DNA of 64,000 nt from positions 228-64,227 of the forward strand of contig JAVMKI010000081.1 in NCBI GenBank assembly GCA_031732755.1. Reading direction: 5' to 3'. This document shows, piece after piece, positions 52,962-60,843 of this stretch. A program made the translations under genes and the position numbers. The stretch comes from Candidatus Contendobacter sp. GTDB taxonomy: Bacteria; Pseudomonadota; Gammaproteobacteria; Competibacterales; Competibacteraceae. Each line of letters begins with the position of its first letter. The first letter of the stretch is position 1. Below the pieces are notes generated by a model. The model saw only the letters and a program-made list of their open reading frames with translations, was not told the origin of the DNA and searched no databases.

Positions 52962-55565
52962 TCAACCATAGCTGGCCCGATAGAGCTTCAGGAACAGATA
53001 GCCGCTGACCGTGACGAACAACGCCAGGGCGACCGCCATGGAAAATACGCCAGATGATCCGTAAGAGGTCAGCACCGATTTCATGGGGATGACCATCTCA
53101 TGCAATACAAACATTGGGAACGCCAGCATCCCGGTCACGGCGGCGAACTGCAGCGCGAATCGGCCAGTACGGCTCATATGCTCGTACCGCCGCAGCAAGG
53201 ATTCCATCCAGGCCAATAGCAGCATAACTAGCCCGGTATAAACCAGCCAGCGCCAGATATTGTTGGCCGATACCGGCCAGTTGAACCAGTTGCCCGCGTC
53301 CGGTTGATGAAGAGACACGATAATGCCGGCCAGCAGAACAAATAAACCAGCCAGATTCAACACATTCAGGGATTCGCCTTTGGAAAGCCACCGCTGGATG
53401 CTGATGCCAATCGCCATTCCCATCAAGCTCCCCGAGAGCATCTGAAAATAGGCATACTTGGCGGTAAGCAACAGTTTGGCCAATTCGACCAATCCCTCCG
53501 CCTTATCATCGGCAATCTGCTTCATCAAAAGGTAATCAATGGCATAGGAACACATGGACAACACCAGCGCCAGTAGAACCGGATACTGGCTTTTGGTCAA
53601 CAGCCAAAAGATGGGATAAAGAGTTGCTGTCACCAGCAGATAATAGGTGAGCACCGAATAGAAAGAGTTGGTGAAATCCGTGAAGGTCAGCCCTGGATTA
53701 TTCCGCCATTTGGCCCAGAATATGGCCGCGCCCAACAACAGGATACCGGTCAGCAATAACAGAAAGGTTTTTTTCAGAATTCCCTTCAGTCGCGTTTCAT
53801 CGTTGAAAAAAAGTGGAAACAGGGCGTAACCCGCGCCGACCCCATAGATTACGGCGAAGCCCGGCGTACCCATGGCAAAAAATGGGGCGAAAGCGGAGGT
53901 GATCCAGGCTGAAGTACCCAATAAACGCTCAAAAATTCCTTGATGCCAATGCGCGATGATGACCGACATGACCATCAATCCACGCACCACGTTGATCGCC
54001 ATGCTGTTGCGCATACCAGGACCGCGCACCCGGTGCTTCTGTTGATCGACGCCTTCGGCGGGGTGCATGCGCTGAGCGATTTCGCGAATACTCAACCCTT
54101 GCAGTAACCCTCTGGAAATATCCGCTGGCACACCCCGGCGTTCCATTTCAATCAGCGCTGTCAGCGCCGACAGGGAATCACCGCCCATGTCGTAGAAATT
54201 GTCCTCCACGCCGATATGCTCGGTTTCCAGCACACTTTGCCAGATCGACAAGATCGTCCGCTCATCGTCCGACAGGTCCGCAATGATCACCGGCTGGGTC
54301 ACGCTGGTGGTTTCAGGGCCTGCCGCCTTGATCTGTTCCTCATACCGTTGCGCCAGCGCCTTGCGCCGCACCTTGTTCGTGTCAGTGACGGGAAAAGCGT
54401 CCAGAGTCAGCCGTTTAATCACCCGCTTATTGTTAATCCCGAAGGCCAGCAGCATCTCGCTGGCGGCGTTCATCAACGCCGTCTCATCAATACTCTGATG
54501 ACGGAGCGTGGTAATCAGCACCGCATGGCCAGTCAGCGAGTCGTTGACCGCTGCCACGGCGAGACCTTCGCTGAGACTCAGCCGGTCGCGCAAATCGCGT
54601 TCCAGCGCATCCGGCGACAGTTTGACGCCACCGCAGTTGATCAGATCGTCCGCCCGACCTTCATAATAAAGATAACCCTGGTCCAGACGACCCAGATCAC
54701 TGGTCCGCAGCCAACCCTGATCATCCACGTTGGTGACGTATTCACCGTTCTTCAGTAATTGTCGGGCCACATGTGGACCCCGGATACAAATTCGGCCTTC
54801 GTCAGAGATCCGAACTTCCGTCTGGCCATACACCCGACCCACCGATTCCAGTAGGTCGCCATGGGTCTGGTCAACTCTCAGGAAAGTCGTCCGCGATGCC
54901 TCGGTCAATCCATAATGTTGCGCAATGATGGCATTGGGAAAAAGAGACTTCAGTTGTTCCTTCTCACCCCGGCTCATGTATTGACTGCCGATCTCGATCC
55001 ATTTCAGGCTCGCGGTTTCAGGGCCAAACAGACGTTTATTTTCCAAAAGAATACGCCAGAGGCTGGGCACCGCCGATACGGCGTTAATTTCACCGGATTG
55101 CAATAGCTCTCTGATTTCCAGCGGATCAAAACCATGGGGCGGTAAAAAGCTGGCGCCACCCGCCGCCGCCACGGCGCGAAACCGCCCGAGACCAAAGGAG
55201 AAATTCGCCGGCACCCCGACATATTCCCGGATGGTGCTGTCAACCTCCATCACCTGATTGAGTCGCTCCGTGACATCGGAGAGCGCCCGGTGAGTCAGTA
55301 AAACTCCCTTGGGCTCACTCTCGGTACCTGAGGTGAAAGCGATTTGGGCCAACGCGTCGTCACGGGGGAAAACATAAATCTCCTTGAACCAGCCCTTTGC
55401 ATCGTCCGGCTCCACCACACGGGTCACGCCGGTCTGCTGGATTCTGCTATCATCGGCATGGCGCAATAGAACCACCATCTGTTGGTTCCGATAACATTTG
55501 AAAAGCGTTTGCACATAGGAAATGGAATTCCTGGACACCACACCGACGATCTGTTGATGGCTCAT
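52962..55565 (-). CDS. Adenylation domain - carrier protein - AT3-like membrane acyltransferase fusion
   Basis: ANL motifs FTSGTESEPKG, HYGLTE, RTSDLG, GRADDLIN.GG.K, PVTDTNK; carrier motif NFYDMGGDSL (Ser codon 54174-54176); C-terminal ~10-TM domain starting INVVRGLMVMSVIIAHW. Start at 55565 chosen from RBS spacing (55571 and 55595 are alternatives). Confidence 0.82.
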   Translation of the reverse strand: MSHQQIVGVVSRNSISYVQTLFKCYRNQQMVVLLRHADDSRIQQTGVTRVVEPDDAKGWFKEIYVFPRDDALAQIAFTSGTESEPKGVLLTHRALSDVTERLNQVMEVDSTIREYVGVPANFSFGLGRFRAVAAAGGASFLPPHGFDPLEIRELLQSGEINAVSAVPSLWRILLENKRLFGPETASLKWIEIGSQYMSRGEKEQLKSLFPNAIIAQHYGLTEASRTTFLRVDQTHGDLLESVGRVYGQTEVRISDEGRICIRGPHVARQLLKNGEYVTNVDDQGWLRTSDLGRLDQGYLYYEGRADDLINCGGVKLSPDALERDLRDRLSLSEGLAVAAVNDSLTGHAVLITTLRHQSIDETALMNAASEMLLAFGINNKRVIKRLTLDAFPVTDTNKVRRKALAQRYEEQIKAAGPETTSVTQPVIIADLSDDERTILSIWQSVLETEHIGVEDNFYDMGGDSLSALTALIEMERRGVPADISRGLLQGLSIREIAQRMHPAEGVDQQKHRVRGPGMRNSMAINVVRGLMVMSVIIAHWHQGIFERLLGTSAWITSAFAPFFAMGTPGFAVIYGVGAGYALFPLFFNDETRLKGILKKTFLLLLTGILLLGAAIFWAKWRNNPGLTFTDFTNSFYSVLTYYLLVTATLYPIFWLLTKSQYPVLLALVLSMCSYAIDYLLMKQIADDKAEGLVELAKLLLTAKYAYFQMLSGSLMGMAIGISIQRWLSKGESLNVLNLAGLFVLLAGIIVSLHQPDAGNWFNWPVSANNIWRWLVYTGLVMLLLAWMESLLRRYEHMSRTGRFALQFAAVTGMLAFPMFVLHEMVIPMKSVLTSYGSSGVFSMAVALALFVTVSGYLFLKLYRASYG

Positions 55566-55653
55566 GAGCATTTCCCTGATTAACCGGTATTGCAAAGGTG
55601 TCTTAAATAAAGGTGTGGCTTCGCGTTAAACCCGCCTGAGAACCCTGGCAATT

Positions 55654-56505
55654 ATGGCATACATTAAACCTGGCTTCTTCGGGCGGATGTCTCGCCGGCT
55701 CCGACCCAAGGGGAGAATATGGACGTGGGCCATGCCGCTGACGTTGCTGGGCGTAGCGGTGGGGGTGGGCGCTATTTATCTCCGTCTGCCTGTGACGGAT
55801 GCCTGGGAGCCAGCTATCGCCGCCTTCGAAGCACAAGACCGCCAACAGCCACCCCTTCCTGGCCAGGTGGTGTTCGTCGGTGGCTCCAGCATCCGGTTCT
55901 GGGACCATCTGGCTGCCGACATGGCGCCGATTCCGGTGCTAAACCGGGGTTTCGGCGGCGCGCGGTTGCGCGATGTGCCGCACTATGTCGACCGGGTGAT
56001 TCTCCCCTATCGACCCCAAGCGGTGGTGCTTTATGCCGGCGAAAACGATCTGGGTGCCTGGTGGGCTTGGCCGGGCCTGATCGTGGACCGGTTTCAGCAC
56101 TTGGTCGAACGCCTGCGCCAAAGCGATCCAAAACTGCCGATCCTGATGCTGGCCATCAAGCCTTCACCCTACTTTGCCGCCCGGCTGGAGCGACAGCGGG
56201 AAGCCAACCGGCGACTGCGCGCCTATTGTGAAGCCACGCCGGGACTGTTCTTCATCGACGTAGCCAGCCCCCTGCTCGATGCCCAGGGGCGTCCCCGGCC
56301 CGAACTGTATCGGGACGGGCTGCACCTCAATGCCGCTGGCTACGCGTTGTGGCGGGAGCGGGTCCGACCGGTTTTGCTGACCGTGCTGGGCCTCAGCTCA
56401 AAATCCGCCGGAAGCGATACAACGGCGCCGGCGCTTCGGCCACCGGCGCTGTCTCCAGCGTCTGCTCCCGGCCAGAATGCAGATAGCCCTCCGCCCAGCC
56501 GGTGA
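55654..56505 (+). CDS. SGNH/GDSL-family protein with N-terminal membrane anchor
   Basis: Block I FVGGSSIRFW, block II NRGFGG, block III YAGENDL, block V DGLH; TM MPLTLLGVAVGVGAIYL. Confidence 0.85.
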   Translation: MAYIKPGFFGRMSRRLRPKGRIWTWAMPLTLLGVAVGVGAIYLRLPVTDAWEPAIAAFEAQDRQQPPLPGQVVFVGGSSIRFWDHLAADMAPIPVLNRGFGGARLRDVPHYVDRVILPYRPQAVVLYAGENDLGAWWAWPGLIVDRFQHLVERLRQSDPKLPILMLAIKPSPYFAARLERQREANRRLRAYCEATPGLFFIDVASPLLDAQGRPRPELYRDGLHLNAAGYALWRERVRPVLLTVLGLSSKSAGSDTTAPALRPPALSPASAPGQNADSPPPSR

Positions 56506-57781
56506 CCAGGAACAGTAACGCCACGGTTTGGTTGCCCATGTACACCGTGGCCACGGAAATCAGGTAACAGACATAGACGCCGGCCAGGGTGAAGGCCAGC
56601 GAACTGCCCAGCGGTTGCGGATTAGGTTGACTCATGGCGTGGCGGATCAGCCGCACGATCATCCCCAGCAGAATCGTCAGGAACAGGGCCAGGGCGATTT
56701 GGCCGTGCATCAGAAACAGCAGCAGGTAGTAATTATCGATGGAAGGCTGGCCCGGCACCTTGGGCCATTTGGTCAGGCCCCAACCCCAGGTAGCCTGTTC
56801 CTTGGCGATATCCATGTAATTGGTGATCAGTTCCAGGCGATAGGCGGCGGTTTCCTGGTTTTCGGTCTTGGCGTTTTGCCGGCCCACTCCGGCCCATTGC
56901 AGGAAACCGATGAAGATCGGCAGGCAGATGCCGAACAGGAAGACCAGCAGGATGCCGACCCCAATCCAGCGATTGCGCATCCGCCCGATGAACACCACCA
57001 CCGCCGCGATGACGCCGGCCACCCATGGCCCCTTGACCAACGTGATGAGCGCGCCGCCCAGCATTCCCAGGGTATACATTTGCGCCTCGGTCAGCTTGGG
57101 CCAGGGCAGCCACTTGAACCAGGGGTGGCGCGGCTCGGTCCAGGCACCGCTCCATTCCAGCCAGCGTTGGATTCGGTAACCGGTCACCATCATGATCCCG
57201 GCCAGGATGGCGTGACCGTAGGGACCGGCGGTGCGCGCCAGACCCCAACGGAAGGTGATGATCCAGCCCAAGCCCTGCCCCGGAAAGAAGGGACCGAAGA
57301 TTTTCTGCCAGGGGTTGACCCCGAAGCGCGATTCGTACAGACAGATGATGGCGACGATGAACAGACAAACCACGATTTTCTTGGCGAAGGCGACTCGCCC
57401 ACCCAGTGGTTCCACCAGGCTCTTGGCCAGCACGTAGGGGATGACCACCGAGGTCAGCATGGCGAACATCAGGTTTTGAGCATCGTTGTAGCCCGATGCT
57501 CGATATTCCGAATAGGCGATTACCCCAGCGAGGCCGTACACCACCAAGTCGAAGGGGGTAAATCGGTAGCCGGGCGACCCGCGCACGAGAAAGACGATGA
57601 ATACCGCCAACACCGCTGCCTGGTTGGCGGTCGGATCGGGCAAACCCGGCGCGACCCAACGGTAATAATCCGGGAACAGCAGCAACGCGGGCAGATAGAC
57701 GTTGAAAAAGGCGAACTGGGGCGAGCGAACCAGCGCGAAGTAAACCGCGAACAGGGCTGGAATCAGGGCGAGAATCGCCAT
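56393..57781 (-). CDS. wzy: Wzy-like polymerase / O-antigen ligase family membrane protein
   Basis: ~12 TM; R..GPYGH.ILAG, ETAAYR.EL, WGWG, SIDN.YL in the large periplasmic loop; lies in a wzx/wza/wzc locus. Confidence 0.75.
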   Translation of the reverse strand: MAILALIPALFAVYFALVRSPQFAFFNVYLPALLLFPDYYRWVAPGLPDPTANQAAVLAVFIVFLVRGSPGYRFTPFDLVVYGLAGVIAYSEYRASGYNDAQNLMFAMLTSVVIPYVLAKSLVEPLGGRVAFAKKIVVCLFIVAIICLYESRFGVNPWQKIFGPFFPGQGLGWIITFRWGLARTAGPYGHAILAGIMMVTGYRIQRWLEWSGAWTEPRHPWFKWLPWPKLTEAQMYTLGMLGGALITLVKGPWVAGVIAAVVVFIGRMRNRWIGVGILLVFLFGICLPIFIGFLQWAGVGRQNAKTENQETAAYRLELITNYMDIAKEQATWGWGLTKWPKVPGQPSIDNYYLLLFLMHGQIALALFLTILLGMIVRLIRHAMSQPNPQPLGSSLAFTLAGVYVCYLISVATVYMGNQTVALLFLVTGWAEGYLHSGREQTLETAPVAEAPAPLYRFRRILS

Positions 57782-57873
57782 GGCGCACGTCGGGTCTCAA
57801 AAGAAAGCCTGTACAAAAATGCAAGCGACTGATTGTGCAAGTGGGCTTGCTCGTGACTTAGGGTCAATCATCG

Positions 57874-58071
57874 CTACTCTTTCGGCGCCTCACGCTCCGC
57901 GCGCCAATCCGATGCTTCCGCTTTGGCCGGTTCTGATTCGTCATCAGACTCCTCATCTTCCTGACAGATTTGGTCACCCTTGGCAGTTTTCACATAATCG
58001 CATTCCCGGTGCCCGCAGCCGGCTGTACTGACCAAAATCGCGATTGCCGCCAGCGCAATCCGGTATTGCAT
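57874..58071 (-). CDS. Small putative lipoprotein (65 aa)
   Basis: MQYRIALAAIAILVSTAG-C lipobox, Cys pair, acidic tail; fills the gap between the acyltransferase and wzy. Confidence 0.55.
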   Translation of the reverse strand: MQYRIALAAIAILVSTAGCGHRECDYVKTAKGDQICQEDEESDDESEPAKAEASDWRAEREAPKE

Positions 58072-58122
58072 GATGATCCCGCCTTGCCGAAAGATAACCA
58101 CCGTCGCGAGAGGCGCGCGCTA

Positions 58123-58713
58123 TCAACCCGCCATTTTCGACCATGGTCGGGCCGGCACGCCGACCACCACCGCGCCCGGCGCGACATCGCGAGTCACGAC
58201 CGCATTGGCGCCAATCACCGCGCCATCGCCGATGGTGACGCCGGGCAGCACCATCACTCCCCGCCCGATCCACACGTTGCGCCCGACCCGGATCGGCGCG
58301 GCGTCATGGCCGGAATAGCGAATGGCCTGATCGCCGCCGAAGCGGTGGTTGGCATCGCGCAAGCTGGCGTATTCGCCGATCATCGTACCGGCGCCAATCT
58401 GGATTTCCTGAAACGCCACGACATGGACACCCCGCGACATCACCACGTCATCGCTGATCACGATCCGGCCCGGTGCCTGGGTCTCCAGATACAGGTCGGG
58501 ATAGAGAAACAGGTTTCGGCCCAACTCGACGCCGCCGGTTCCGCGCACCTCCGCCACGCCCAGGATCACCACCGACGGGTCCACCGGTCCGGTGATGCTG
58601 GCGCGCAACCGGGCGTGCGCCCACACCCGCCGCCCGGCTTCGCCCACGGTCGCCGCCAGCCTGGCCAGCGGCGTCAGGACTCCCACCAAAAACCGTTTCG
58701 CCTGTCCGCTCAT
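58123..58713 (-). CDS. Hexapeptide-repeat acyltransferase (maltose/galactoside O-acetyltransferase-like)
   Basis: DANH, IRVGRNVWIGRGVMVLPGVTIGDGAVIGANAVVTRDV...VVVGVPAR. Confidence 0.9.
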   Translation of the reverse strand: MSGQAKRFLVGVLTPLARLAATVGEAGRRVWAHARLRASITGPVDPSVVILGVAEVRGTGGVELGRNLFLYPDLYLETQAPGRIVISDDVVMSRGVHVVAFQEIQIGAGTMIGEYASLRDANHRFGGDQAIRYSGHDAAPIRVGRNVWIGRGVMVLPGVTIGDGAVIGANAVVTRDVAPGAVVVGVPARPWSKMAG

Positions 58714-58726
58714 CGCCCGCTTCCGC

Positions 58727-59749
58727 TCACTTGTATTCGATCAGACCGCGCCGCCGACCGCGCCAGCGATCCCGGTAGTAGCCAAGCTGGCCGACCAAGA
58801 TCGGAATCTGTTGCAGGTGGGAATGAACACCGTACAGGAACCGGGTCAGCGGGTCGCGGCTTTTCCAGCCGACTTTGAGCGCGGTGCGCAGCGCCAGCGC
58901 CAGCCACCCGCCGATGACCAGCAACGGGATAAGCACCGATCCCAGCAGCGCCCCGCCAACGACCAGCGCCAGCGTCAGCAGCAACACGCCGCCGCGAATC
59001 CAATTACGCCGGGCATCGTCCTCCCATAGTGGGGTCGCGGTGCCGCGAAAGCGCGCCGCCACCTCGGCGTAGGCGTGGCCGGCCCGCACCGCTCGCCGCC
59101 AGTATTGCCGCCAGCGGGTCATCGCCAGGTCGTGGCCGGTCATCGGCCGGTCCACGTGCAAGATGACGTAACCGCGCGCTCGTAGCCGCTGGCACAGTTC
59201 CGGTTCCTCACCGGCGATCAGGCTGGCGTCGAATCCATCCACTTCCATCAAGGCCATGCGGCGTATGAGGGCATCGCCGCCGCAGAACTCGGTCATCCCC
59301 GGCGGATAAATCCAATCCAGGTCCAGCACCCGGTTGTACAACGATGCTTCGGTATGAATTTCCCGACGGTGACCCCAAACCACACCGACCTTTGGGTTCT
59401 GGAATTCGGGCAGCGAGTCCACCACGAACCGGGGATGCAGGATCGTGTCGCCGTCCAGGAACAGCACGAACGGCGCCCGCGCGACCCGCCACCCGGCATT
59501 GCGGCCCAGCGCCGCCGAGGGTCGTTCCGGTCGCACCGTCAACACCCGCGCGCCTAGCGCCGTCGCCCGCTCTGGACTGCCGTCGGTGGACGCGGAATCC
59601 ACGTAGATCAACTCGACCGGTCCGCCGGGATCGGCCATCCCCCGCACCGATTCCAGACAGCGCACCAGCCGCTCGCCCTCGTTGCGACCGATGACAACCA
59701 CTGACAGCACCGGGACCGCGGGCGAGTCCGGCGTTACGAATTCAACCAT
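58727..59749 (-). CDS. Glycosyltransferase family 2
   Basis: SVVVIGRNEGERL, YVDSASTDGS, GRNAG, FLDGD, GEEPELC; C-terminal TMs; start ATG 59749. Confidence 0.9.
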   Translation of the reverse strand: MVEFVTPDSPAVPVLSVVVIGRNEGERLVRCLESVRGMADPGGPVELIYVDSASTDGSPERATALGARVLTVRPERPSAALGRNAGWRVARAPFVLFLDGDTILHPRFVVDSLPEFQNPKVGVVWGHRREIHTEASLYNRVLDLDWIYPPGMTEFCGGDALIRRMALMEVDGFDASLIAGEEPELCQRLRARGYVILHVDRPMTGHDLAMTRWRQYWRRAVRAGHAYAEVAARFRGTATPLWEDDARRNWIRGGVLLLTLALVVGGALLGSVLIPLLVIGGWLALALRTALKVGWKSRDPLTRFLYGVHSHLQQIPILVGQLGYYRDRWRGRRRGLIEYK

Positions 59750-60810
59750 TCTCCACCTCCCTCCGTCAGCAATCGTTCGTAATCGGCCAGGCGTTCGGTC
59801 TGGGAAAAGCGGGTGGCCAGCGCTCGGTCGCCGCCCGCAACCCAGCGGTTCAGCAATTCCGCGGGCGCTTCGTGCAATTCCCGCAAGCGGGCCGCCAGCG
59901 CCTCGGCGTCCTCCGCCCGGAAGCGTCCGCCCGATACGCCCTCTTCCACCAGCAGCGCCGTCCCACCGCTGTCGGGAACCAGCACCGGCACCCCCGCCGC
60001 CATCGCTTCCAGAATCGCCAGCCCGAACGGCTCGCTCGGACACAGATGCAGCAACAAATCAGCGGCGGCCAGTTCTTCCGCCACCGCCTCGGTAAAGCCC
60101 ACGAAAGTGACGTTGGGATGCCGTTCGGCGGCGCGGGCGCGCAGCTTCTCCAAATCCCAACCAGACCCCAGAATCCGGAACGACAGCGCGCCCAGCTCCG
60201 GATGACAATCCAGCGCATCCAGCAGCAGATCCACCCGCTTGATCGGGTCGATGCGCGACACAATCACGATGTTGCGCACGCCAGCGGATGTGAAAGGCAA
60301 CCGGCGCGGCGCGCTTCGCACCCGTTCATCGGTCAGAAAATTCTCGATCACCCAGATTTTGCCAGGGGTGACGCCATTGGCGATCAGCCGTTCTCGCACG
60401 AAACCGGACACCGCCACCAGTTTCACGGCGGTGGGATTGAGCAGGCGCTTGCGGCCATAGCTCAGCCGCTCGTCGGTCCCACCATGCACCAGATGCAGAT
60501 GGACCGATGGACGCCGATACCAGACGTTCAGCGCCAGAAAGACCAGCGAATGCGCCACGCCGGTCGCCACGAACGCCAGTCGCCGATACCGGGCCAGCCA
60601 AGGGCGCAGACGCCGGGCAAATTCACGGGGATGGGTGAACGGCTCACCGGGAATGCCCAGCCGCGCGGCTTCCGCCAGTGCTGGACCCGGTGGCGCCAGC
60701 AACACCGGCGCGAAGCGTTCGCGCAAGCCTTCCAAGGTCGCCAACGCCATCCGTTCGGTGCCGTACAGATTGCCGCTGTGCAAGGCATAAACCAGGGGAA
60801 TAGCCATCAC
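59734..60810 (-). CDS. Glycosyltransferase family 4
   Basis: YGTER, VAVSGFV, IENF, VSRIDPIKR, EPFGLAILEAMAAG. Confidence 0.88.
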   Translation of the reverse strand: MMAIPLVYALHSGNLYGTERMALATLEGLRERFAPVLLAPPGPALAEAARLGIPGEPFTHPREFARRLRPWLARYRRLAFVATGVAHSLVFLALNVWYRRPSVHLHLVHGGTDERLSYGRKRLLNPTAVKLVAVSGFVRERLIANGVTPGKIWVIENFLTDERVRSAPRRLPFTSAGVRNIVIVSRIDPIKRVDLLLDALDCHPELGALSFRILGSGWDLEKLRARAAERHPNVTFVGFTEAVAEELAAADLLLHLCPSEPFGLAILEAMAAGVPVLVPDSGGTALLVEEGVSGGRFRAEDAEALAARLRELHEAPAELLNRWVAGGDRALATRFSQTERLADYERLLTEGGGEWLNS

Positions 60811-60843
60811 GATATTCCGATCTTAGGGTGGGCGTGGTTGCAA

